A DNA stretch of 64,000 nt from an uncultured Alphaproteobacteria bacterium (GTDB taxonomy: Bacteria > Pseudomonadota > Alphaproteobacteria > Rs-D84), in the NCBI GenBank assembly GCA_949082785.1, contig CARVLU010000004.1, positions 23,371 through 87,370 on the forward strand, given 5' to 3'. Of the stretch, positions 45,979 through 54,682 are shown in pieces. The notes under the pieces are model-generated. The model was not told the origin of the DNA. It saw only the letters and a list, made by a program, of their open reading frames with translations, and made no database searches. The position numbers were made by a program, and so were the translations under genes. Position 1 is the stretch's first letter, and every line of letters starts with the position of its first letter.

Positions 45979-47349
45979 TTATCCCAATTTACGCAGGGAA
46001 ATTTTTTCACCATCAACGATGACCAGAATACCAGATTCCAGACCGAAATGTTTCGCAGCTGCAACAGCGTCACGGGCATCGAACATTTTGTCATCACAAA
46101 CGGAAAATACGCCGCGTGACAGGCACAGCTGGTTTGCAACAACCGCTTCGCGGGCAACGGCATAAACCGGCACATCCGGACGACGGCAAGAAATCCAAGT
46201 CGCCGCGCGTGTGTCATTTGCAAAGACAACAATCGCCGCCGCCTTGTTCAATTCGGCCATCAACGTTACGGACAACGCCCAATCATTTTCCGGCAATTCT
46301 TCGGCATCGGACCAATCCTGGCCGTTTTCGATGGAATCTTCGTCGGCATGCTTTAACACCTTGGCCATGGTTTCGACCACGAACGCCGGGTTATTGCTGA
46401 TGGTTGTTTCTTCGGATGTCATTGTGGAATCGACATGCAGATACGCCGCCGTCGCGATATCGGAAATTTCCGCGCGGGTCGGGAATTCACTGCTGACCAT
46501 CGACCCCAACATCTGTGTCGCCATGATAACTGGTTTGTTCTTTTCACGGCACAGACGGATAATACGACGGGAAATGGCCGGAACCTGTTCGAACGGCACT
46601 TCGACCGCCAAGTCGCCACGGGCAATCATGATGCCGTCTGCAACTTCGACGATGGCATCGATTTTTTCGACCGCCTGGGGGCGTTCAATTTTGGCAATGA
46701 TTTTAACCGGGTGCGATGTGCGGGCCTGGATAAATTCGCGTGTTTCAATGACATCTTCGGGTTTCTGGACGAACGAAATCGCAACGAAATCCGGGTTTTT
46801 GGTCAACACATATTCCAGGTCGGCGCGGTCTTTTGCCGTCAGAACGGATGTCGCAACTTCTGTATCGGGCAAATTGAACCCACGGCGGGACCAGATTTCC
46901 GTCCCGCGGATAACGGTCGCTTCGATGCTGTCGGGGTTAACCTTTTCCACCTTCATTTCAATTTTACCGTCGTTCAGCAAAACGCGGTCACCGGGCTTTA
47001 ACGAATGGATAACATCCAAATCCGGCAACTGAACGCGGTTGGAATTGCCCGGTGTCGGGTCGCTGTCAAAGACGAATTTTTGACCGGCAACAATCGGGAA
47101 TTTATCTTCTGTTTCGAAAACGCCGATACGGTGTTTCGGCCCCTGCAAATCGGCCAGAACCGCAACCGGGGAACCAGTTTCGGCGGAAATTTCACGAATG
47201 ATGTCGATTTTTTTACCCTGGGCATCGCCAACGTCATGGCTAAAATTCAGGCGGCACACGTTCACGCCGGCGGCAATCATTTTAGACAAGACTTCTTTGC
47301 TTTCGCTGTTCGGTCCGATGGACGAAGTGATTTTTGTAAATTTTTTCAT
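45979..47349 (-). CDS. pyk: pyruvate kinase
   Basis: MKKFTKITSSIGPNSESKEVLSKMIAAGVNVCRLNFSHD...; the listed longer ORF start is upstream of the conserved N-terminus. Confidence 0.9.
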   Translation of the reverse strand: MKKFTKITSSIGPNSESKEVLSKMIAAGVNVCRLNFSHDVGDAQGKKIDIIREISAETGSPVAVLADLQGPKHRIGVFETEDKFPIVAGQKFVFDSDPTPGNSNRVQLPDLDVIHSLKPGDRVLLNDGKIEMKVEKVNPDSIEATVIRGTEIWSRRGFNLPDTEVATSVLTAKDRADLEYVLTKNPDFVAISFVQKPEDVIETREFIQARTSHPVKIIAKIERPQAVEKIDAIVEVADGIMIARGDLAVEVPFEQVPAISRRIIRLCREKNKPVIMATQMLGSMVSSEFPTRAEISDIATAAYLHVDSTMTSEETTISNNPAFVVETMAKVLKHADEDSIENGQDWSDAEELPENDWALSVTLMAELNKAAAIVVFANDTRAATWISCRRPDVPVYAVAREAVVANQLCLSRGVFSVCDDKMFDARDAVAAAKHFGLESGILVIVDGEKISLRKLG

Positions 47350-47415
47350 TTTTGTTTCCTTGATTTTTGCGTTTATTGATATATCATAAACTTTTGAAAT
47401 AAACAAGGGGAAATC

Positions 47416-47670
47416 TTGATGATGAAAAATCCAAATCACGGTGCCATTGACAACGAACAATTGGTCAGCATTATCGAACGTATCGAAAAACTGAACGAAG
47501 ACACGGCGTCCATCGCCGCCGATATCAAGGAAATTTACAGCGAAGCGAAAAGTGCCGGCTTTGACCCGAAATACATCCGCCAGATGATCCGCCTGCGCAA
47601 GCTGGATCCGGATGAACTGGACGAAGCGGACGAATTAACCAAAATGTACCGCAACGCGTTGGGGATTTAA
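47416..47670 (+). CDS. gapR: DUF2312/GapR-family nucleoid-associated protein
   Basis: ...NEQLVSIIERIEKLNEDTASIAADIKEIYSEAKSAGFDPKYIRQMIRLRKLDPDELDEADEL is the characteristic GapR sequence of alphaproteobacteria. Confidence 0.75.
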   Translation: MMMKNPNHGAIDNEQLVSIIERIEKLNEDTASIAADIKEIYSEAKSAGFDPKYIRQMIRLRKLDPDELDEADELTKMYRNALGI

Positions 47671-47984
47671 TGAAATCCTTTACCCGTAAAATCGAAGATT
47701 TTGACTGCGCCCATTGCGGCGCAGTCGTTCATGGCAACGGATACACCAACCATTGCCCCAATTGTCTGTGGTCGCGTCACGTGGACAACAACCCGGGCGA
47801 CCGCGCGGCCACGTGCCACGGGATGATGCCGCCCATTTCTGCCCAGCCCGAATCCGACCATTTTATCATCACCCACAAATGCGAAAAATGTGGCAAGATA
47901 AAGCGGCAACGAACCACCGACGCCGACAACATGGACGCCATTATCGCATTAATGTCGGACAATACTTTTATTTTTGGCAAATAA
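47670..47984 (+). CDS. RNHCP domain-containing protein
   Basis: FDCAHCGAVVHGNGYTNHCPNCLWSRHVD...CHGMM contains the RNHCP motif with zinc-ribbon cysteines. Confidence 0.6.
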   Translation: MKSFTRKIEDFDCAHCGAVVHGNGYTNHCPNCLWSRHVDNNPGDRAATCHGMMPPISAQPESDHFIITHKCEKCGKIKRQRTTDADNMDAIIALMSDNTFIFGK

Positions 47985-47987
47985 TCA

Positions 47988-49979
47988 TTGCATGGAATGG
48001 ATATAAATTCCTATACTTTATCCATGCGGGAATTTATCAGCGAACAATTTCAAAACCGTTTTCTGTGGGCGCCGTTTCTGATGGCGTTTGGTGCGGCGCT
48101 GTATTTCACGTTGAACGGTGAACCGCCACTGCCGTGCCCGGTGCTGTTTGCGATTGCGATGCTGGCGGGTGCATTCGCGCCACGCGTGCCGACATTGTTG
48201 CGTGGCATTTTACTGTTGGGGTTTGGATTTTGTTATGCGGCGGCGTTCACGCATGTTATCGACACACCGCAAATCACACGCAATTTGCGCGACCTGGAAA
48301 TTTCCGGTACAATCACAAAAATTGATTACACCGATACGAAAACACGCATCTATATCCGTATTCCGGCCAACCTGATTAACCGCGATATTTCCGAAAACCG
48401 CACGGCAACGGTTCGGGTGTCAATGTCTGAAATCCCGACGCCCGTGCACATCGGCGACACAATTGATGCGCGCGTCACACTGTTTCGTCCCGCATCCAGT
48501 TACATGCCCGAAACATTCGATTATGCCCGTTGGGCGTATTTCAACGGATTGTCCGCAACCGGCTTTGTCCAGGATTATTCGATTACATCCACACGCACAT
48601 ACAATATAAACACACTGCGCGATTATATTCACGGGAAATCCGATTCATTTCTGGCCGACACGCTGGTTCTGGGATATAAATCCGCATTACCGGATGACGA
48701 CCGCACAATTTGGACGACAAACGGTGTGGGTCACGTCTGGTCCATCAGTGGATTTCACATGACACTGGTGTCGGGTTGGTTGTTCGCATTCTTTTACCTA
48801 ATCTTTCGCACTATTGCACCCATAACGCGGCGCGTACCCGCACGGATTCCCGCCATGATTTGCGCATGGTTCGGACTGTTGTTTTATTTGTTCATATCGG
48901 GCGGCGGGATTGCGACCATTCGCGCGTTCTTGATGACGTCATTGGTATTTGCCGCATTTGTGTCGGGCCGCGAAGCCCTGTCGATGCGCAACATTTGCCT
49001 GGCGTTTTGTTTGATATTCCTGATTAATCCGCACTATGTGATGCAACCGGGATTTCAATTATCGTTTTCCGCGGTGTTCGGTTTGATTTGGTATTTCAGA
49101 AATTCCACATATCAAAAGCGCACAGTGATTCAGCGTATCCGTCGCGCCATCGCCGCCGCCGCAATGACATCCATTATCGCAACAATCTTTACCACGCCGT
49201 TTGTGGCCGCACATTTCTATCAATTCCCGACATATTCGTTGGTGGGTAATCTGATTTTGTTGCCACTGTTTTCAGTGGCGATTATGCCGCTGGTCATGCT
49301 GGGGACGGTGACGGCGACACTGGGATGGACGGGACCATTAATGTTGGCTGAAATGATTTATCACGGGGCGTTGGCGGTTGCGACGAAAATCGCGGCACTG
49401 CCACTGGCCGTCATTTTGACGCCACATATTCCAAACATCGCCATTGTGTTTATGATTGTGGGATTTCTGTGTTTGATGTTTATCCGCGCGACGCGTCCAA
49501 AAATAAATTACATCCTGTGCGCGTCATTTATCGGCATTGGTGTGGTGATAACCGCCCTGGCACCGCGGCCGATATTCTTTGCCACGCACGACCACGAATT
49601 AATCGCATTTGTTGCACCCGACGGCAAACTGGAATTTAACAAAGCCCGCGCATCCAACCACTTCTTTGCGTTCGACACGTGGAAGCAAATAAACACAGAA
49701 CCAACCGCAACACCAAATCGTCGCCGTAAATGCGTACGCGGTGTTTGCATATTTGAAACCCAAAATTGGACACTGGCATATACCCAGAAATTTGTGCCCA
49801 CCATGAACAACATTGCAAAATTCTGTCGTGACGAATCGATTGATTACATTGTGTCGTACTTTGACATCGACGCGCCGGGTTGCAATCACAAAATTTTGCG
49901 TGGCGCATTTTCAATTTACAAATCTGGTCGCGTGAAGTATCACGTTACGCGTCGGCCGTGGCATAATCCGCGCCGATAA
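47988..49979 (+). CDS. comEC: ComEC/Rec2 family competence protein (no metallo-beta-lactamase domain evident)
   Basis: DUF4131-like N-terminus plus competence domain (multi-TM; NGVGHVWSISGFHMTLVSGW). Confidence 0.8.
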   Translation: MHGMDINSYTLSMREFISEQFQNRFLWAPFLMAFGAALYFTLNGEPPLPCPVLFAIAMLAGAFAPRVPTLLRGILLLGFGFCYAAAFTHVIDTPQITRNLRDLEISGTITKIDYTDTKTRIYIRIPANLINRDISENRTATVRVSMSEIPTPVHIGDTIDARVTLFRPASSYMPETFDYARWAYFNGLSATGFVQDYSITSTRTYNINTLRDYIHGKSDSFLADTLVLGYKSALPDDDRTIWTTNGVGHVWSISGFHMTLVSGWLFAFFYLIFRTIAPITRRVPARIPAMICAWFGLLFYLFISGGGIATIRAFLMTSLVFAAFVSGREALSMRNICLAFCLIFLINPHYVMQPGFQLSFSAVFGLIWYFRNSTYQKRTVIQRIRRAIAAAAMTSIIATIFTTPFVAAHFYQFPTYSLVGNLILLPLFSVAIMPLVMLGTVTATLGWTGPLMLAEMIYHGALAVATKIAALPLAVILTPHIPNIAIVFMIVGFLCLMFIRATRPKINYILCASFIGIGVVITALAPRPIFFATHDHELIAFVAPDGKLEFNKARASNHFFAFDTWKQINTEPTATPNRRRKCVRGVCIFETQNWTLAYTQKFVPTMNNIAKFCRDESIDYIVSYFDIDAPGCNHKILRGAFSIYKSGRVKYHVTRRPWHNPRR

Positions 49980-50691
49980 AATACAGCCCCGATGCCGGCG
50001 CCGTCGGCCCGGCCGCCGACCGCGCGCGCGCCGCAAAGATTTCATCAATATCAAACGGTTTGCCCAATCCAATTTCGACCAGTGTACCGACCATATTGCG
50101 CACCATGTGGTGCAGGAAAGATTGTGCGGAAAATTCAAAAATAATTTCATCCCCCCGACGCGTAACGCGGGCCACATCCAATGTTTTCATGGGGCTTTTC
50201 GCCTGGCACTGGCTGGCGCGGAAACTGGTGAAATCATGCGCACCGATTAATTTTTCAGCGGCCCGTTCCATCGCATCCACATCCAATTCGCGCGGCACCC
50301 ACCACACGCGATTTTTATTCAACACCGCCGGCGCGCGACGATTTAAAACAACATATCTGTAATGACGCCCGCGACATGAAAACCGCGCATGGAAATCATC
50401 GGGAACAACCGCGCAATCCAAAACCACGACCGGCCGCCCCACCAGATAGAAATTCAGTGCCCGCATAACGGTATCCGGACCATATCCGCCATCAATATCG
50501 ACGTGCGCCACCATGGCGGTGGCATGCACCCCCGCGTCCGTGCGCCCGGCCGCAACAACATCGGCATCAGCCCCACAGAATGATTTTATCGCATCCTGTA
50601 ACAGCGATTGCACGGACGGCCCCTGGTGGTTTTGCTGCCACCCGATTAAATCCGTTCCGTCATATTCCAAAATCAGTTTGTAACGCGTCAT
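49945..50691 (-). CDS. truA: tRNA pseudouridine(38-40) synthase
   Basis: MTRYKLILEYDGTDLIGWQ...RTDAGVHA active-site Asp motif. Confidence 0.9.
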   Translation of the reverse strand: MTRYKLILEYDGTDLIGWQQNHQGPSVQSLLQDAIKSFCGADADVVAAGRTDAGVHATAMVAHVDIDGGYGPDTVMRALNFYLVGRPVVVLDCAVVPDDFHARFSCRGRHYRYVVLNRRAPAVLNKNRVWWVPRELDVDAMERAAEKLIGAHDFTSFRASQCQAKSPMKTLDVARVTRRGDEIIFEFSAQSFLHHMVRNMVGTLVEIGLGKPFDIDEIFAARARSAAGPTAPASGLYFIGADYATADA

Positions 50692-51500
50692 TATTGTCCG
50701 TATTTAATTTCTGCCCCGCGCAGTCCATTGACAAAGCTTTTCCAATCCATGGGCTTTTTCCCGGCGGGCTGAATCTGGATGATTTCCAGATGCCCGTCCG
50801 CATTAACGCGGGTCTGCAAAATCTTGACATCCATACCGTTGATTTTTGTCCGCCCCGCGCCCAAGGCCCGAATTTGATTATGAATATCGCGCGCGCTGCG
50901 CGACCAATCAATAATTTCGTCGTCGCCGGTAAATTTGCGCGTAAATGTGGGCGCGCCCACCTGTGGGACGGCGCCATACGCCGCGGGATTGCCCAGATAT
51001 TCGGTCAGCATTTGCGCCCCGATTTCCGACACGCGCCGTTCAATGTCTGCGTTGGTGTCATCTTCGCCGATATCAAAGGGCACCCGCATATAAACATCAC
51101 CCGCATCCATTTCGGCCGTCACCTGCATCAGACAGATTTCAGATGACGCGTCGCCATTATACAACGCGGTGCGTATCGGCGACGGCCCACGGTATTTGGG
51201 CAATGCACTTGGGTGAATATTCACGCACGGCGCCGAATTCAAAACATTGTCGCGCAAAATTACCCCATATGAAATGACAACCACCATATCGGGATTGTAA
51301 TTATATTGGCGAATGCTGGTATGAACGGTCAACCCATGGGCATCGGCCCATTGGTGCACCGGCGATTGGGTCAAGACCTGTTTCCGGCCGACGGGTTTGG
51401 GCGCGCGCGTGAACACCGCAACAATTTCATGACCCGCGCAGCGAACGGCGTCAAAAATCGGCACGACAAAATCGTTTGTTCCCATTAATACCAGTTTCAT
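50691..51500 (-). CDS. fmt: methionyl-tRNA formyltransferase
   Basis: MKLVLMGTNDFVVPIFDAV...NIHPSALPKYRGPSPI (formyltransferase SLLP motif). Shorter than usual at 269 aa; the C-terminal domain is reduced. Confidence 0.85.
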   Translation of the reverse strand: MKLVLMGTNDFVVPIFDAVRCAGHEIVAVFTRAPKPVGRKQVLTQSPVHQWADAHGLTVHTSIRQYNYNPDMVVVISYGVILRDNVLNSAPCVNIHPSALPKYRGPSPIRTALYNGDASSEICLMQVTAEMDAGDVYMRVPFDIGEDDTNADIERRVSEIGAQMLTEYLGNPAAYGAVPQVGAPTFTRKFTGDDEIIDWSRSARDIHNQIRALGAGRTKINGMDVKILQTRVNADGHLEIIQIQPAGKKPMDWKSFVNGLRGAEIKYGQ

Positions 51501-52003
51501 GATTTGCGTCTCCGAACCTTGCGCATTAACATTTCGCGTTTAATGGGCGACAGATAATCAATAAACAGTTTGCCATCCAGATGGTCGGTTTCATGCTGGA
51601 CAATGCGGGCGGGCATGCCCGACATTTGGGCGCGCATTTTTTTGCCCGTTTCGTCCGTCCATTCGACGTCCACACATTTGGGGCGCACCACATTGGAATA
51701 CACCGGCAGATTATCCGCCCCCAGCACCGACAGACACCCTTCTTCCATGACGCACGTGTCGGCGCTGCGCCGTGTGATAACGGGGTTCAACATTTTAAAG
51801 ACCGTATTGGTATCCGGGTCCATCATGACCAAGAACCGCTGTAATAATCCCACCTGGGGGGCGGCCAACCCGACGCCGTTTTGGGCGTGCATCATGCGGA
51901 CCATTTCGTCCAGCGTATCCAAAATTTCCGGGGTGATTTTATCGATTGGCGTGCATACCGACCGCAACACCAAATCCCCGCAAAGTTTCATTTGCAACAT
52001 CAA
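51497..52003 (-). CDS. def: peptide deformylase
   Basis: GVGLAAPQVG, EGCLSV, HETDHLDG: the three Def motifs. Confidence 0.9.
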   Translation of the reverse strand: MMLQMKLCGDLVLRSVCTPIDKITPEILDTLDEMVRMMHAQNGVGLAAPQVGLLQRFLVMMDPDTNTVFKMLNPVITRRSADTCVMEEGCLSVLGADNLPVYSNVVRPKCVDVEWTDETGKKMRAQMSGMPARIVQHETDHLDGKLFIDYLSPIKREMLMRKVRRRKS

Positions 52004-52042
52004 TAATTCCTTTTATAATGGATTTTATCAAAGGATTGGGAA

Positions 52043-52912
52043 ATGACAACTTATATTTTAATCTTGCTGGTGGTGATTGTGGTGCTGTTGATTGCGGTGC
52101 TGATGCGGCCCGTAACGGTGGATTTATCGGCCCTGCGCGAAGATAACAGCCGTCTGCGCGAACGACTGGCTGAACGTCTGGGGGCATTGGCGCAAAACGC
52201 CACGGAATTAAAGAATATCAGTGCCGACATCGCGAATTTCAAAAACATCCTGATGGGCAACAAACAGGCCCGCGGCACATTCGGCGAACGCCAACTGGAA
52301 GATATTGTGGCCGACATCATGCCGCCGGAAACATACGCGTTTCAGTGCGTACTGGAAACGGGCGTGCGGCCGGACTGCGTCATTCGTCTGCCATATCCGC
52401 CGGGGGACATGATAATCGACAGCAAATTCCCGTTGGAAAGTTACGCCCGCCTGCACGAAGACAATATTTATCGCAAACAATTTGAACTGGACGTGCGCAA
52501 GCATATTGACGCCATCGCGGAAAAATATATTATCCCGGGCCGCACCGCGGAATCGGCGATGATGTTTATCGCATCGGAATCAATTTTCGAAACATTGCAC
52601 CGTGAATTTCCGGGCGCGGTGGATTACGCCGCACGCAAACGGGTTTTTATTGTATCCCCATCCACACTGTGGGCGACATTGAACACCATCCGCGCGGTAT
52701 TGTCGGACATCAAAATTAAACGCGTCGCCGCGCAAATCAAAAAAGAATTGGATTACCTGTTAACAGACCTGGGGCGGTTGGCGGACCGGGCGGGCAATTT
52801 ACAGCGTCACTTTGACCAAACCACGTCGGACATCGACCAATTGCAAACATCTATTAAAAAAATTACGCCGCGCGCGGAAAAATTGCGGGAACTGGATTTC
52901 GGCGAAGAATAA
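52043..52912 (+). CDS. rmuC: DNA recombination protein RmuC
   Basis: N-terminal TM and coiled coil, then RmuC domain (...GTFGERQLEDIV...DCVIRLP..DMIIDSKFPLESY...). Confidence 0.85.
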   Translation: MTTYILILLVVIVVLLIAVLMRPVTVDLSALREDNSRLRERLAERLGALAQNATELKNISADIANFKNILMGNKQARGTFGERQLEDIVADIMPPETYAFQCVLETGVRPDCVIRLPYPPGDMIIDSKFPLESYARLHEDNIYRKQFELDVRKHIDAIAEKYIIPGRTAESAMMFIASESIFETLHREFPGAVDYAARKRVFIVSPSTLWATLNTIRAVLSDIKIKRVAAQIKKELDYLLTDLGRLADRAGNLQRHFDQTTSDIDQLQTSIKKITPRAEKLRELDFGEE

Positions 52913-52942
52913 AAATACCGGCATTTGCCGGTGTTTTTATTT
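52911..52942. terminator. bidirectional intrinsic terminator
   Basis: aaaaa taccggcatttgccggtg tttttatttc. Confidence 0.6.
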
Positions 52943-53245
52943 CTTTTTTGTGGTGCGTTTTCTGCGTGCGGGCGCGGGTTCAGTTGCACCGCCCCCCGCC
53001 AGAATTTGCATCTGCATTTGCATGATTGTTTTTTGATTTTGTTGAATTAAATTTTCTTTGTCCCGGATAACATCCAACAACCGATCGTTTTCCAATTGCA
53101 CCTTTTGCAATTCGCGGCGCCCCAGAACAATCTGGTCGGACATTTGACGGCGGCGGCCCCGGTTAAACAGCGACGTTACCACCGCGCCAACCAACGCCCC
53201 GCTGGCCGCACTGATTAAATCAAACAAAGTATCTATCAAAGGCAT
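52937..53245 (-). CDS. hypothetical small membrane-anchored coiled-coil protein
   Basis: MPLIDTLFDLISAASGALVGAVVTSLF then Q/M-rich coiled coil. Weak call. Confidence 0.35.
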   Translation of the reverse strand: MPLIDTLFDLISAASGALVGAVVTSLFNRGRRRQMSDQIVLGRRELQKVQLENDRLLDVIRDKENLIQQNQKTIMQMQMQILAGGGATEPAPARRKRTTKKK

Positions 53246-53285
53246 GCCCCCATATTATCATGGGGGCATCCTGTTTTCATTCGGA

Positions 53286-53894
53286 TTATTTTCCGCCGCC
53301 GGCTCTCAGACCCGTTTTGCGGTCCACCCAAACCTGTTCGTCGGCGATTTCCATCACCGGCATGTCGGACCGGCTGTCGGAATACGACCGCACGACCCGC
53401 GGAACGTATTTATGTTCCTTGGCCCATTCGTCCAGCGCAATAACCTTGTTCGCCCCCCAGCACAAGAAATCAAATTTCCACGGCGCACGCTTGTCCATAA
53501 CCGAACACATCACGGCGTCGAATTTGATATCACGCACCAATTGCGGCACCAAATAATCCGGCCCGGCAGAAATCAAAACAACCTTGCGTCCGGCACTGCG
53601 TTCGGCGTCCACCTGTTCGCGTGCCCAGCCAAAGCGTTCCCGGCGATGCTGCTTAATAAACGCGGGCGCAAATTTTTTAACCATTTCCGGCGTCATAAAT
53701 CGGCGCGCATTTTGCCGCCACCAAATGCCGTTTGGTTTAAAATATCTGCACATCATCGCCACCCCAATCAGCGGCAAAAACAGCCACGGACGGACCGAAT
53801 GGCGAAAACAGTATTTTGCGAATTCCATATTGCAGTCGCGCGCGGACAATGTCCCGTCGAAATCAAAAACTACAACGTCAACTTTTCTTAACAT
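53286..53894 (-). CDS. HAD-IB family hydrolase
   Basis: VVVFDFDGTLS (motif I DxDGT) from the ATG at 53894; 203 aa. Confidence 0.7.
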   Translation of the reverse strand: MLRKVDVVVFDFDGTLSARDCNMEFAKYCFRHSVRPWLFLPLIGVAMMCRYFKPNGIWWRQNARRFMTPEMVKKFAPAFIKQHRRERFGWAREQVDAERSAGRKVVLISAGPDYLVPQLVRDIKFDAVMCSVMDKRAPWKFDFLCWGANKVIALDEWAKEHKYVPRVVRSYSDSRSDMPVMEIADEQVWVDRKTGLRAGGGK

Positions 53895-54057
53895 GATATC
53901 CCTTTTGTTACTTTGCGGGGGCATTATAACAACGTTTTGCTTGCACCGCAAATTTTATATTGTTATGATGAAAATGTTATCGGGCGTTCCGATAACGGGG
54001 TTTAGCGACCCATTCTTGTACGCCGGCATACACGCGTCATGGTATGCGCTTTTTTCT

Positions 54058-54160
54058 ATCTCCAACTATTGGGTTGGAGGGTGTGGAAATATATTCGAAT
54101 ACCACCACTATTTACAAGATAGTCGCTAACCTCCAACCGCCTGTTTCTGGCGGTTTTTCG
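54058..54160 (+). ncRNA. structured leader RNA, copy 3 (outer helix ctatct/agatag; ggttggagg/cctccaacc; terminator ccgcc..ggcgg-U5)
   Basis: atctccaactattgggttggagggtgtggaaatatattcgaatacc...ctaacctccaaccgcctgtttctggcggttttt ends 28 nt before the ATG at 54189. A candidate promoter TTGCAC-17-TATGAT lies at 53941-53969. Confidence 0.45.
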
Positions 54161-54188
54161 TACACGAAAAACAAACGGAGGTTAGAAA

Positions 54189-54653
54189 ATGAAACATAAA
54201 TCAGTCTGGGTCGGGGTTGCGCTGTTGATACCGACCGGCATCCACGGGGCCACCTGGGTTACACCATCGTGTTGCAGCGAGAATACAATTGCGCCATCCA
54301 CCATCAAATGCAAAAGCGTCACCCGCAAAGTGGAATGCGGCGGCATAACAATCGTTGATTGCGGCGAATGCCAATCGGGATACAGCCCGTACCAGGCCAA
54401 AAAAACCGTTTGCAGCGGCGCCGCCCAACAAACCATCACATACCAGGATTGTATGCAAAACGTTGTCGTTTCGTGCAGCGTTGGTGAATACCAGGACGGA
54501 ATGCTGTGCGCCAAATGCCCGGACGGTGGAAAATCCGATATTGGCGCCACGTCCATCACCCAGTGTTATAAACCCAAATACGAAAACACGTTTTCCGATT
54601 CCACCGGCAGCGGGGTTACGGGGATGGATAATAACTGTTATTACACGAAATAA
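54189..54653 (+). CDS. secreted cysteine-rich protein (paralog family C)
   Basis: Signal peptide MKHKSVWVGVALLIPTGIHG; motifs CGECQSGYSPY and CAKCPDGG; ends NNCYYTK. ggagg ribosome-binding site. Confidence 0.6.
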   Translation: MKHKSVWVGVALLIPTGIHGATWVTPSCCSENTIAPSTIKCKSVTRKVECGGITIVDCGECQSGYSPYQAKKTVCSGAAQQTITYQDCMQNVVVSCSVGEYQDGMLCAKCPDGGKSDIGATSITQCYKPKYENTFSDSTGSGVTGMDNNCYYTK

Positions 54654-54682
54654 AAATGCCGGGATTTACCGGCATTTTTTTA
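54652..54682. terminator. bidirectional intrinsic terminator
   Basis: aaaaa tgccgggatttaccggca ttttttta. Confidence 0.6.
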
